DNA from: Candidatus Multivoradales bacterium
GTDB lineage: Bacteria; Acidobacteriota; Thermoanaerobaculia; Multivoradales; JAHEKO01
Direction of reading: 5' to 3'
Assembly: GCA_965223155.1 (NCBI GenBank)
Contig: CBDCVR010000015.1
Span: forward strand, 320,001-384,000
Length of the DNA: 64,000 nt
The notes under the pieces were generated by a model. It was not told the DNA's origin, ran no database searches, and saw nothing but the letters and a program-made list of their open reading frames with translations. Position 1 is the stretch's first letter; each line of letters begins with the position of its first letter. The position numbers were made by a program, and so were the translations under genes. This document shows, piece after piece, positions 30,389 to 40,842 of this stretch.

Positions 30389-32353
30389 ATGAACACCCTC
30401 TTCTCATCGGACGCCGCCGACCGCCTTTCAGCCGCTCCGTTCTGGACCCGGCACCTGCGACGCGAAGTGCAGTTCCTGCTGGATTTCGTGGCGCTGTCCG
30501 CGGCCTTCGCGCTCGCCTATCTGTTTCGCTTCGACTTCCGGATTCCGGCCGAGCAATTCGACAATTGGCTGATCCAGTTGCCGCTGGTCGTGCTGCTCCA
30601 GTTTGGAGCTCTCCTGTTTCTCGGGATCTACAACTTCGTCTGGCGGTACATCTCGATCGCCGAGATCCAGGCGTTCGTCCGGGCCGCCGCCTATTCGTCG
30701 GTGCCGCTAGTCGTCTTGCGCCTGGGACTCTCGGACAAGTTCGACATCTGGCGCATTCCGCTGTCGGTGATCTTCATGGACACGGTGCTGGCCTTCGGCG
30801 GCCTCTTGGCGCTGCGCGTCGCGCGCAGGGCTCTCTACGAGCGGCACGAGCGCGTGCGCCGGGGCGCCGCGTCCGACGATTCCCGGCCCAAGCGGGTCCT
30901 GCTGGTCGGCGCCGGCCGTGCCGGGGTCCTGGCGGTACGCGAGGTTCGGGGACGGGGCGACCTGGACATCGAACCGGTCGGATTCGTGGACGACGCCCGC
31001 GAAAAGCAAGACTCGGTGATCGCGGGACTGAGGGTCTTCGGAACCACGGCCGACTTGCCCAGGCTCGCCGCCATTCACCGGATCGACGAGGTCGTCATCA
31101 CGATGGCCGACGCGGACGCGCAAACGATCCGCCGCATCGTCGAGCTCTGCGACGAGGCCGCGCTACCCGTCCGGATCATCCCCGGTTACTACGAAATCCT
31201 GGATGAGCGGGTCTCGATCAGCCGCTTCCGCGACGTGCAGATCGAGGACCTCCTGGGCCGGGAGCCCATCGAGCTGGACGAACGCCGCATTCGCGAGCTC
31301 CTGACCGGCAAGAGTGTGGTGGTGACCGGCGCCGGCGGCTCGATCGGCGGCGAGCTCCTGCGCCAGATCGCCCGCTACAACCCGCTCCGGCTGACCCTCG
31401 TCGAACGCGCCGAGCCGCTCCTCTTCTCGGTCGAGCAATCCCTGCGCCGCGCCTGGCCCCACCTCGACATCCGATCCTTCGTCGCCGACATCAACGACGT
31501 CCAGCGCATGCGCTCGCTTCTGAGCCGGCGGACGCCTCAGGTGATCTTTCACGCGGCCGCTCACAAGCATGTGCCCATGATGGAAGACAACCCGTGCGAA
31601 GCGGTCAAGAACAACGTCCTGGGCACCCACGCTCTCGCCAAGCTGGCCGCCGAGTCCGGCTGCGAGGTGTTCGTCCTGATCTCGACCGACAAGGCCGTGC
31701 GGCCGTCCTCGGTGATGGGCGCGTCGAAGCGCCTGGCCGAGTTGGTCGTTCAGGCGGTTGACCGCACGAGCGACTGCCGCTTCATCGCGGTGCGCTTTGG
31801 CAACGTCCTGGGTTCGACCGGATCCGTGGTACCCATCTTCCGCGAGCAGATCGAGCGCGGCGGTCCGGTGACCGTGACCCATCCGGAAGCCACCCGCTAC
31901 TTCATGACTCCATCCGAAGCCGCTCAGCTCGTCATGGAAGCCGGTGCCATCGGCGCCGGCGGCGAGATCATGATTCTGGACATGGGCGAGCCGGTCGGCA
32001 TTCTGGATCTGGCCAAGGACATGATCACGCTCTCGGGCCTCAAGCCCTACGACGACGTCGAGATCGCCTTTACCGGCTTGCGGCCGGGCGAGAAGCTGTC
32101 CGAGCAGCTCGAACAGGCGGGCGAGCTCACCGACAAGACGGTGCATCCCAAGGTCTTCGTGGGCAAGCTCTCCAAGTGGCCCGAGGCCCAGGTCGACGAA
32201 GCGCTCGACCGGCTGCGCGAGCTCGTGGCCCGGGAAGCCGACGACGAGATCCGCCAGCTCCTCGACCAGATCCTGCCGGAGGCGACTCTCGAGGTGCCGA
32301 TTCCGGGCGAGCCCGAGGACGACGAAGCCGGCCGCACCGGCCTCGTCCATTGA
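30389..32353 (+). CDS. membrane-bound UDP-GlcNAc 4,6-dehydratase (PglF/CapD/EpsC family)
   Basis: Four N-terminal TMs; IEDLLGREP, GAGGSIG, FHAAAHKHVP, ISTDKAV, RFGNVLGS, GLRPGEKL. Confidence 0.94.
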   Translation: MNTLFSSDAADRLSAAPFWTRHLRREVQFLLDFVALSAAFALAYLFRFDFRIPAEQFDNWLIQLPLVVLLQFGALLFLGIYNFVWRYISIAEIQAFVRAAAYSSVPLVVLRLGLSDKFDIWRIPLSVIFMDTVLAFGGLLALRVARRALYERHERVRRGAASDDSRPKRVLLVGAGRAGVLAVREVRGRGDLDIEPVGFVDDAREKQDSVIAGLRVFGTTADLPRLAAIHRIDEVVITMADADAQTIRRIVELCDEAALPVRIIPGYYEILDERVSISRFRDVQIEDLLGREPIELDERRIRELLTGKSVVVTGAGGSIGGELLRQIARYNPLRLTLVERAEPLLFSVEQSLRRAWPHLDIRSFVADINDVQRMRSLLSRRTPQVIFHAAAHKHVPMMEDNPCEAVKNNVLGTHALAKLAAESGCEVFVLISTDKAVRPSSVMGASKRLAELVVQAVDRTSDCRFIAVRFGNVLGSTGSVVPIFREQIERGGPVTVTHPEATRYFMTPSEAAQLVMEAGAIGAGGEIMILDMGEPVGILDLAKDMITLSGLKPYDDVEIAFTGLRPGEKLSEQLEQAGELTDKTVHPKVFVGKLSKWPEAQVDEALDRLRELVAREADDEIRQLLDQILPEATLEVPIPGEPEDDEAGRTGLVH

Positions 32354-32476
32354 CGACCCACCGCGCACAGAGGCGACTCGGCTAGGAACAGGCAGTCAAC
32401 GCACCGCCATGACGCGCGAACGCCAAGAGGCTCTTCGGCGTCCTCTAATCTCGAATCCAACACCCGAAATCGACTC

Positions 32477-33442
32477 ATGACGTCCGCCATCAAGTCTCCA
32501 CCGAAGTCCGCCTTGGTGACCGGCGGAGCCGGCTTCATCGGCTCCCATCTGGTGGATGCGCTGGTCGCGCTCGGAACCCGGGTCAGGGTTCTCGACAACC
32601 TGGCCACCGGACGCCGAACGAACCTCCAGCCCGCGTCGGACGCGGTCGAGTTTCTCGAAGGCGACATTCGCGAGCTCGAGATCTGTCAGACCGCGTGCCG
32701 GGGCGCCGAGGTCGTCTTCCACCACGCAGCTCTGGGCTCGGTGCCCCGTTCGCTCGAGGATCCGGCGACCTCGATCGCGGTCAACGTGGCTGGCACGGCG
32801 AACGTCTTCGCCGCCGCCCGCGAGGCCGGCGTCCGGCGTGTCGTCTACGCCTCCTCGTCGAGCGTCTACGGCGACAGCGAAGAGCTTCCCAAGCGAGAAG
32901 GCGAGGAGGGCACTCCCCTCTCGCCCTACGCCTGGAGCAAGCGGATGGACGAAGAGTTGGCAGCCTCGTTCACCGACATCTGCAAAGTCGAGTTCGTCGG
33001 CCTGCGCTACTTCAACATCTTCGGACCGCGCCAGGATCCCTCGGGACCGTACGCCGCCGTCATTCCTCGCTTCTTCGCCGCCCTCCTGGCGGGAGAGGCG
33101 CCGGTCATCCACGGCGACGGCGAGCAGTCCCGAGACTTCACCTCGGTCCATGACGCCGTCAACGCGAATCTCCTCGCGGCCGAGGCGCCGGCCGAGGCCT
33201 GTGGCCGCGCGTACAACGTCGCCGGAGGCCGGCGGGTGACCGTCAACGAGCTGGCCCGAGCCGTGGCCGATGCCGTCGGCCGCGCTGTGCCGCCCCGTCA
33301 TGAAGCGCCGCGTCCAGGCGACGTCCGGCACTCCCTGGCGGATCTCGAGGCCGCCCAAGCTCTCCTGGGCTACCGGCCCTCGGTCCCGTTCGCCGAGGGA
33401 ATCGCCGGCTGCCTCGAGTACTACCAGTCCCTAGCCGCCTAA
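32477..33442 (+). CDS. UDP-GlcNAc 4-epimerase (WbpP/TviC-like SDR)
   Basis: GGAGFIGSH, AALGSVPRS, SPYAWSK, RYFNIFGPRQDP..YAAVIP. Confidence 0.9.
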   Translation: MTSAIKSPPKSALVTGGAGFIGSHLVDALVALGTRVRVLDNLATGRRTNLQPASDAVEFLEGDIRELEICQTACRGAEVVFHHAALGSVPRSLEDPATSIAVNVAGTANVFAAAREAGVRRVVYASSSSVYGDSEELPKREGEEGTPLSPYAWSKRMDEELAASFTDICKVEFVGLRYFNIFGPRQDPSGPYAAVIPRFFAALLAGEAPVIHGDGEQSRDFTSVHDAVNANLLAAEAPAEACGRAYNVAGGRRVTVNELARAVADAVGRAVPPRHEAPRPGDVRHSLADLEAAQALLGYRPSVPFAEGIAGCLEYYQSLAA

Positions 33443-33495
33443 GGGAATCGGCCCCCCGGTATCCCCTTTCTTCGGCCGCTCGATACACTTCCCGG

Positions 33496-34422
33496 ATGGC
33501 TACCTATCTCGTCACCGGCGGCGCCGGCTTTATCGGTTCCCATCTCGCCGAAGCCCTGAGCGGTGCCGGCCACCGCACCGTGGTCCTCGACGATTTGTCG
33601 AGCGGCACCGAGGACAATCTTCCGTCGAACGTCGAGCTCGAAGTTCTCGACATCCGCTCGCCGGAGGCCGCCGCCCTGGTGCGCGCCCTCGAGCCCGACG
33701 CGATTCTCCATCAGGCCGCCCAGATGGACGTTCGCCGTTCGACCCGCGAGCCTCGCTTCGACGCCGAGGTCAACGTCCTCGGCACGCTCAACCTGCTCGA
33801 GGCCGCTGCCGACGGCGGCGTTTGCCAGGTTCTCTTTGCCTCGACCGGAGGAGCCATCTACGGCGAGCAGGAGGCGTTCCCGGCAACCGAGGACCACCCC
33901 TGCCGCCCGGTCTCTCCCTACGGAGTCTCCAAGCTCGCCTGCGAGCGCTACCTCTACTACTTCCACGTCGAGAAGGGCCTTGACGTCGCCTGCCTGCGCT
34001 ACGCCAACGTCTACGGCGAGCGGCAGAACCCGCACGGCGAAGCCGGAGTCGTCGCCATCTTCTTGACCAAGCTTTTCGAAGGCGCCGCCTGCACCATCAA
34101 CGGCGATGGGCTCCAAACCCGCGACTACCTTCACGTCTCGGACGTCGTCCGGGCCAATCTCGCCGCTCTAGGCCGCTCGGGCTTTGCCACCTACAACGTC
34201 GGCACCGGCATCGAAACCAACGTCGTCGACCTCTATCGCCAGATCGCGAAGGCCGCCGGCAGCGATCGCCCCGCCGAGCACGGCCCCGGGAAGCCGGGAG
34301 AGCAACGCCGTTCGGTGATCGATCCGAATCGGGGCCAGACCGAGCTCGGCCTGCCCGAAGCGCTCGACCTCCCTGACGGACTCGAACGCACGGCCGCCTG
34401 GTTCGCTCCTGGTGATTCCTAG
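33496..34422 (+). CDS. UDP-glucose 4-epimerase-like SDR
   Basis: AAQMDVRRS, ASTGGAIYG, SPYGVSK, RYANVYGERQNPHGEAGVV. Confidence 0.9.
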   Translation: MATYLVTGGAGFIGSHLAEALSGAGHRTVVLDDLSSGTEDNLPSNVELEVLDIRSPEAAALVRALEPDAILHQAAQMDVRRSTREPRFDAEVNVLGTLNLLEAAADGGVCQVLFASTGGAIYGEQEAFPATEDHPCRPVSPYGVSKLACERYLYYFHVEKGLDVACLRYANVYGERQNPHGEAGVVAIFLTKLFEGAACTINGDGLQTRDYLHVSDVVRANLAALGRSGFATYNVGTGIETNVVDLYRQIAKAAGSDRPAEHGPGKPGEQRRSVIDPNRGQTELGLPEALDLPDGLERTAAWFAPGDS

Positions 34423-34532
34423 CCCATCGCGTTCGAAGCGTTCTGACGAGATGGCCCTACGAGACACGGCCGACCGGAACTCCAAGGCGAAAGAGCGCCC
34501 TGGCCGCTAGGACGGACACGGTTTCGCTATCC

Positions 34533-36416
34533 ATGCCGCGCTTACCGGAGCCTCGGGCCTGGATTCATCATGCACCATTGGGCACGGGCGCCGCCGGTCT
34601 CGGAGCGGCTCTGTTGGGCGCACTTGAAGGGTTTTACCTCGCCCGCGGCGACTTCCGCTTCGGCTACCGGCAGTTTCTCGAGTTCGAAGTGGCGTACTTC
34701 CTGGTGGGCGCCACAATCGGCCTGGGCCTGGTAGTCACTGTCCTGGGGTTGGACAGCCTTCTTCGGCGCACGAGCCAGAACCGGGCCCGAGCGCCTCTCG
34801 TTTGGTATGCCATCGCGACTTGGGGCCTCTTGGGCGGGATCCTCCTGAACAAGTTTGCCTTCCCTGCCTTCTTCTCACCGGTGTCCTTGCTCGGCAACGC
34901 GGCCTTGGTCGGCGCGCTTTTCGCGTTGCGCTGGCCGCTATCGAAAGTCCGCATGCACTCCGTTCCGGGTCGTCTCCTGGCGTTCGCGCTGTTTGTGCTC
35001 CTGGTTCTAGCGCCTCTTGTGGCACCCGGCTCCGAGGAACAACGGCGTGCGACCAGCGCCGATTCGTCGAGTCTCGAACCGGCCCCGCAAGACGCACCCA
35101 ACATCGTTGTGGCGCTTGTCGACACGCTTCGAGCCGATCACCTGGGAGCATACGGCTATCGGAGTGACGTCAGTCCGGCCATGGACTCGCTCGCCGCAGA
35201 GGCCGTGGTATTCGATCGCGCATACAGTCCGTCCAACTGGACCCGGCCTTCCGTCGCGACCCTGATGACCTCTACGCTGCCGTCTCGACACGGAGTCACG
35301 GAGATCAACCTCGCCCTTCCTCCGGACCTGCCCCTACTCGCCGAGTCCTTCCAGAGCGCCGGCTACGAGGTCGGATTCTTCACGAACAATCCAAATGTAG
35401 AGCCCGAAGACGGCTATTGGCGGGGCACCGACCATTTCCATGCTTTCTCGGCGCGCGGCTTTCTCGGCCGAACGGTCCTGTTCGAGCTCTTTCTCGACCG
35501 AGACCTGCGCGGCGTTGCCAACTGGCTGAGATCGATCCTGGGCTACTCCACAGGTCGAGAGTACACACCGGAGTCGATGACCGAGGCCGCGCTCGAATGG
35601 ATTTCCGAACGGCGCGGCCCCTACTTCGCTTACATCCATTTTCTCGGGCCCCACGCTCCCTACGCACCACCTGAGCGCCACTTGGAGGCGTTGGGGGCGT
35701 CGTCCATGGACCTCGGCGCGGCGCACCCACCATCTCCTACTGCCGGCCACGACGCCATCCCCGCGGCCGTCCGCGAGCAAATGATCGCTCAATACGACGG
35801 CGCGATCCTCTGGCACGATGAGGCCCTCCGGAAGCTCTTTCAGGGCCTGGCGGGTGACACGGTCGTGGTCCTCACCTCCGATCACGGCGAGGGTTTCGGA
35901 GAGACCGGATTCTGGGAACACGGCGTGGGGCTATTCGATGAGATCGTACGGATTCCGCTGATCTTTTACTGTCCCGGGCGATGCGGAGACCCCCGGCGAG
36001 AGGCGACGCCGGCCAGCCTGATCGACGTCGGGCCCACTCTTCTTCAGTTGGCGGGGTTGCCGACCCCGGCGAGTTTCGACGGCAGGGCGCTGACGATCTC
36101 GGCCCCCGCGAGTGCTCCGGACCGAACCCCAACGGTCGTCATCGAGAACCCCAAGAACGACGAGACCTCGCTGCGTACGCCCGACTGGAATCTGGTTTCC
36201 TGGAAACGTGACGACGGGACACAACGCTGGCTTTGGCCCGCCGACGAAGCGACTCCCCGGAGTCTCGCTCCCGACAGGACAGAGGTGTTCGCAGAGCTTG
36301 AAACTCTATTGAACCGGCACCTGGAGCTCAGCCGGTCTCGCGCCCGCCGACCCACCGAGCTCGACCTCGGCCAGGACCGGCTCGAGCAACTCAAGGCGCT
36401 CGGGTACCTGGACTAG
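34533..36416 (+). CDS. membrane-anchored sulfatase-like (alkaline phosphatase superfamily) protein
   Basis: About 5 TMs; DTLRADHL, SPSNWTRPS, PHAPY, TSDHGE, EHG; ends LKALGYLD. Confidence 0.88.
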   Translation: MPRLPEPRAWIHHAPLGTGAAGLGAALLGALEGFYLARGDFRFGYRQFLEFEVAYFLVGATIGLGLVVTVLGLDSLLRRTSQNRARAPLVWYAIATWGLLGGILLNKFAFPAFFSPVSLLGNAALVGALFALRWPLSKVRMHSVPGRLLAFALFVLLVLAPLVAPGSEEQRRATSADSSSLEPAPQDAPNIVVALVDTLRADHLGAYGYRSDVSPAMDSLAAEAVVFDRAYSPSNWTRPSVATLMTSTLPSRHGVTEINLALPPDLPLLAESFQSAGYEVGFFTNNPNVEPEDGYWRGTDHFHAFSARGFLGRTVLFELFLDRDLRGVANWLRSILGYSTGREYTPESMTEAALEWISERRGPYFAYIHFLGPHAPYAPPERHLEALGASSMDLGAAHPPSPTAGHDAIPAAVREQMIAQYDGAILWHDEALRKLFQGLAGDTVVVLTSDHGEGFGETGFWEHGVGLFDEIVRIPLIFYCPGRCGDPRREATPASLIDVGPTLLQLAGLPTPASFDGRALTISAPASAPDRTPTVVIENPKNDETSLRTPDWNLVSWKRDDGTQRWLWPADEATPRSLAPDRTEVFAELETLLNRHLELSRSRARRPTELDLGQDRLEQLKALGYLD

Positions 36417-36488
36417 AGGTGCGCAGAAGTCGCAGGGCAGGTGCACTTGGCAAAGCTTCTCTGCGGCGCGCCCGCTTGCGGCAAGCAG

Positions 36489-37733
36489 CTAGGGCGAGAC
36501 GACTTCAAGCCTCTCGGCGATAGCTCGAGCGGCCACGCGAATCCCTCGGCCGTTCCAGTGGGTATCGTCTCTCCAGAACGTGTACTCGCCATGAGCGAGA
36601 TGAAGACGAGACGCCTGGGTCAGTTCGGGTGTCAAGTCTAGGAACGGTACTTCGAGATCGGCGGCCATCAACTCCAGAGCCTCGACTTGAGCATTCGACA
36701 ACGCCCTGTGCCTCTTCCCGTCGACCAGTGAGGAATAGACACGGTACTTGGTGGGAACGAAAACGAGCAGGGCGACCCGATCGGCCACTTCCGCGAGCAG
36801 CATTCGATCGTGACTTGATAGGCAAGGATCTCGCCGAGTCGCGACTCGAACATAGGACTTCAGGAAACCCAACTCTTCGCCTCCAACGGACTCGGTTGAA
36901 ATCGGGTCGTCATCGACTGACCGAAGCCGCCCTCCGGCCCTCGAACTGAGTCTCGAATAGGCTCGCCGGCTCGCGGAATACACGAAACGATAGGTCTCGA
37001 GGTTGCGGATCAGTGCCGGGATCCAAACCAAACGTCGGCGCACCGAGCTCCGCCTCTTCGAGCCTCGTCGGCAGGGAAAGTCGTTGCCTTCGAACAGCAC
37101 GACCACGGCCTCGAACCCCCCATCGAACAAGTCATCGAGATAAGCAATCCGCTCCACGTAGTCTGCGATGTCGCCAGGCATGCCCGCGTTGTAGGCAGGA
37201 AGGCCGAAATCCCGCGACAAGACTTCGCTCAGAATCTCGGCCTGTGTCGTTCCTGATCCCACGACGAACGAATCTCCGAAAACTACGATCGGCTGATCCG
37301 AATAATCGGCCGTGTTCCGCAACCCCAGTTCGTCTGTGACAAACCGCACCGTACGAGGCTCAGCGAGCGAAGCTCGGGACGACATGGCCACGAGATCGCC
37401 AAAACGAACCTGAAATCCCTCCACCGTGCGATTCGGCCGGTAGTTCGCAAGGGGCCCATCGGCACCTGCGTAGATCAGCACCTCATGGGGACGATAGTAG
37501 TGAGGACGCAGGTCCGCCGGTAGAGCGCGAAGAAGGACCTCGCCCCCAAGCACCGTGATGGCCAAGGGCGTTGCGACAAGCGCGGGTGCCCAGACCCTCC
37601 CCGAACGGCTCAGAACAAAGGTGGCGATCCCGCTCAAAGCCGCCGCCAGAAAGGCGGGAACAGTGCAGATAAGAAGGACTATCCACAGGACCACGAACGG
37701 GAAGAAGGCCTGGCCAGGCGGAACTCGAATCAT
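36489..37733 (-). CDS. AlgJ/AlgX-like SGNH protein, membrane anchored
   Basis: N-terminal TMs; GLRN, FGDSFVVG, FEGND, FVPTK, DDTHWNGRG. Confidence 0.82.
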   Translation of the reverse strand: MIRVPPGQAFFPFVVLWIVLLICTVPAFLAAALSGIATFVLSRSGRVWAPALVATPLAITVLGGEVLLRALPADLRPHYYRPHEVLIYAGADGPLANYRPNRTVEGFQVRFGDLVAMSSRASLAEPRTVRFVTDELGLRNTADYSDQPIVVFGDSFVVGSGTTQAEILSEVLSRDFGLPAYNAGMPGDIADYVERIAYLDDLFDGGFEAVVVLFEGNDFPCRRGSKRRSSVRRRLVWIPALIRNLETYRFVYSASRRAYSRLSSRAGGRLRSVDDDPISTESVGGEELGFLKSYVRVATRRDPCLSSHDRMLLAEVADRVALLVFVPTKYRVYSSLVDGKRHRALSNAQVEALELMAADLEVPFLDLTPELTQASRLHLAHGEYTFWRDDTHWNGRGIRVAARAIAERLEVVSP

Positions 37734-37820
37734 TGGTCGACTACCATTTGGGAGCTAAGCCAGGCATAGAAACTGGCAACTGTAGGCGACCCAGTACAGA
37801 ACTTGCCGCTCTCTCGCCGG

Positions 37821-39869
37821 TTAGTCGAGATACCCGAGAGCGCGCAAGCTGTCCTTCTCGGACTCATTGAGGCCATCTGAAGCTGCTCCTTGGCCCAAGC
37901 TGCCGACAAAGTCTCTTGATCCGGCAAGATCTACAAGAAGACGCTGCATTTCTTCGACCGTTTCCGGCCTCTCTAGAGCCACGTTCTGCTGCTCACCCGG
38001 ATCCTGGGCGAGATCGTAGAGTTGATGTAGGGGCCCTAGATCGAGGCCGATCGAACGAGAGTCTGCGATCGATCCGTACGAAGTTCGAAATATGTACTTG
38101 TAGTCCTGGGTTCGGATACCAACGAGTCCGGGACCGAACGCAGTCCCTTCACTGACCACCGGTCGATCTCGACTATCCGAGTCGTCCAGCACGGAGCGGA
38201 GAGACTCTCCCTGAAAGCTCCCTGGGACACCAATCCCCAAGTAGTCGAGGATCGTCGGAGCAATGTCGATCGATCGAACTTGAGTCGTAAGTCGCGCCGG
38301 AAACTCCACGCCGGGTAGTCCGCGGAATAGCAACGGCACATGAAGCTGCTCGTCGAAGAGTGAGAGGCCGTGGGGCCAACGCGAAAGTAGCGCATCCGAG
38401 CGGCGACCGTCGCTATGGAACTCTTCGCCATGGTCAGAAGTCACCACGATGACCGTATTCTCGTCTAGATCGAGTGCGGCAAGCCTTCTCATTAGCCGCC
38501 CCATATAGTCGTCCGCTCGTTGAATGTCTCCGTCGTACCGGGCCTTTCGCCGCTCGTCTGCGCCGGCCATGCTCCACTTGAGTCCCTCGTCCCTCAAGAA
38601 CGTCTCCGAATCGTAGGGACGATGTGGCTCATAAGTATGCAGAAACAAGAAGAAGGTCCTGTCGCGATTGCGATCCAGCCAATCGACAGCCTTCGAGAAC
38701 ACCTCTTCGATATCCGATGCGGTAATGAGCCCCGATTCGTCGTAGCTATCGAAGCCCTTGTTGAGCCCGAAATGCGCCGAGATCGCCCCACGCCCGGTGA
38801 TGGCGGCCGTTAGATATCCCTCATCTCTCAGAAGCGATGCGAGCGTGGGCAGGTCATCCCGCCAACGTGTGGTAGAGCCCGGACCTTCGAGACCCGCGCG
38901 ATGGCGGTTTGGGTAGGTCGAGGTAAAGATCGACATATGCGCAGGTAGAGTCCAAGGAGACTGACTGTAGCAACGCTCAAATACCACGCCTTCCGAAGCT
39001 ATTGCTTCGAGACTCGGGCTCGTCGGCCTCCCGTATCCATGGAGCGACAGGTGGTCCGCTCGAACCGTATCGAGAGAAACAAGAAGCACGTTCCGCCGGC
39101 TTGGTTGCTTCTTGGACCGAATTCTAGGCATCCGAAAATGAAGAAAGTCCGAGGCGCTCAGGTTGAAGGGCAGCTCCTCCGAAACCACTGCACTCCTTTC
39201 AAACACGAACTCTCTTCCGGCGCCGACAACCGACTCCAACGGCAGGCTCAACTCGGTCCACCCCTCGTTGGCTCCTTCCACTTCAAGCGTCCTTTGAACG
39301 AGTGTCGTCGCAACACCCGACTCCGGGTCCTTGATTGCAATCATGAACGTGGCCGTCCCGGCAGTGAGGCTTCCCAACTGTGGCTCGATGCCAATTGCGG
39401 TATCGAGGACCATGTCTGCCGCGACATCCGCCTGCCATGTCGCGTCCGAGTCCCCGGGGCCGACAAACACTTGAGAGGTCGCGCCCCCTAAGACAGCCTC
39501 TCCTCGACGCGCGATCCCTTGCAAGAGACCCACAGCCTGGTGGCCCTTGCTCTGTCTTGGGACTATCCGGAGCCGATACTCCACACGGTCTTGAAGCTCA
39601 GCAAGATTCGGCCAAACAAGAACCAGCGTAGCCAGGCAGATCATGATCGGAGCCCACAACAGCCGCCAGCGACCCATCCCGACCACCAAACCGAAGCCGA
39701 CGAGGGCAAAGAACACGCCGTAGGCGAGCACCAGGACAGCGCGATCTTCGATCTCGCCGTCTTCGCTAAGAAGCCGGCCTACCAGCCACGGATGGCACAG
39801 GAAGCTAAGACCGACGAGTGTTCCACCCGCGAACCATCGCACGGAAGCGCGGACCTCTTGACGGCTCAT
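37821..39869 (-). CDS. membrane-anchored sulfatase-like protein
   Basis: TMs; DTVRADHL, SQSPWTLPAHMS, HTYEPH, TSDHGEE; ends LRALGYLD. Confidence 0.88.
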   Translation of the reverse strand: MSRQEVRASVRWFAGGTLVGLSFLCHPWLVGRLLSEDGEIEDRAVLVLAYGVFFALVGFGLVVGMGRWRLLWAPIMICLATLVLVWPNLAELQDRVEYRLRIVPRQSKGHQAVGLLQGIARRGEAVLGGATSQVFVGPGDSDATWQADVAADMVLDTAIGIEPQLGSLTAGTATFMIAIKDPESGVATTLVQRTLEVEGANEGWTELSLPLESVVGAGREFVFERSAVVSEELPFNLSASDFLHFRMPRIRSKKQPSRRNVLLVSLDTVRADHLSLHGYGRPTSPSLEAIASEGVVFERCYSQSPWTLPAHMSIFTSTYPNRHRAGLEGPGSTTRWRDDLPTLASLLRDEGYLTAAITGRGAISAHFGLNKGFDSYDESGLITASDIEEVFSKAVDWLDRNRDRTFFLFLHTYEPHRPYDSETFLRDEGLKWSMAGADERRKARYDGDIQRADDYMGRLMRRLAALDLDENTVIVVTSDHGEEFHSDGRRSDALLSRWPHGLSLFDEQLHVPLLFRGLPGVEFPARLTTQVRSIDIAPTILDYLGIGVPGSFQGESLRSVLDDSDSRDRPVVSEGTAFGPGLVGIRTQDYKYIFRTSYGSIADSRSIGLDLGPLHQLYDLAQDPGEQQNVALERPETVEEMQRLLVDLAGSRDFVGSLGQGAASDGLNESEKDSLRALGYLD

Positions 39870-39988
39870 CCGACAATTCTAGTGGACTGGTGAAGGACGC
39901 CAGGAAACAAGATGCCGGCTACTCAACCTTGACGTTCACTCTGGACGCGAGAACAATCGGACTTACAAATCAACAGCAAGGAGAAGAC

Positions 39989-40729
39989 ATGCGAAGCGGC
40001 AAGATCGCTCGAACTTCGACGACGACGCTCTTACCGGCGGCGACGAGGTGTCTACGTACGGGACCGATCCGCTGAATGCCGATACTGACGGCGGAGGTCG
40101 TTCCGATGGCGATGAGGTCGCCACTGGTACCGACCCACTCGACCCCAACGATGACTTCCAGCCGTTGCCGGTGACTCTTCCCGATGGCGGCGGCTATGAC
40201 TGGGCGGTTCAGGACGACGGCTCGGTCGGCACTTGGTCTGGTGAAGCCTTCCAGTCCGGGATGAATCTCTTGATGGACAACCTGTACTTCGGATTCTTCG
40301 ATGAGGCAATCCCCGAAGACGGGCGGCGCGAACTGGTGATCGGGCCGCAGTTGCGCTCGGGCCTCGAGATCAGCCGGAAGGTCTTCGTGCCGACTGATGA
40401 CGCCTTCGTCCGCTACCTCGAGGTGGTTCACAACCCGGGCAGCACCGAGGCCACAATCTCCCTCCGTGCGGAATTCGCTGGATCCACTCGATCCCGCGGA
40501 TGCGACCCAGGACCCTGATCTCGACGGCCTGACGAACCTCGAGGAGCAAAGCGCCGGAACGGATCCACACGACGGCGACACCGACGCCGACGCACTGAGC
40601 GACGGCGACGAAGTCAACACCCACGGCACCGATCCGACCAATCCGGATACGGATGGTGGTGGACGAACGGACGGCGACGAGATCCTGGTCGATGGGACCG
40701 ACCCTCTGAATCCGGCCGACGACCTCTAG
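39989..40729 (+). pseudogene. collapsed gene with TSP3-like Ca-binding repeats (DTDGGG.SDGDE..GTDP)
   Basis: RBS+ATG at 39989 in one frame; repeat-coding segments lie in other frames (about 40021-40475 and 40478-40729). Confidence 0.65.
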
Positions 40730-40842
40730 CCGGTCTTTACCCCGTCCCTCTGCTAGAATCCCGGCCCGGCGCCGGGTCGTCTCCGGCACTCCGTTCTCCA
40801 AGCTGGCACGTCCTCTTTCGGCCGGATACGCACGTCTTCTCG

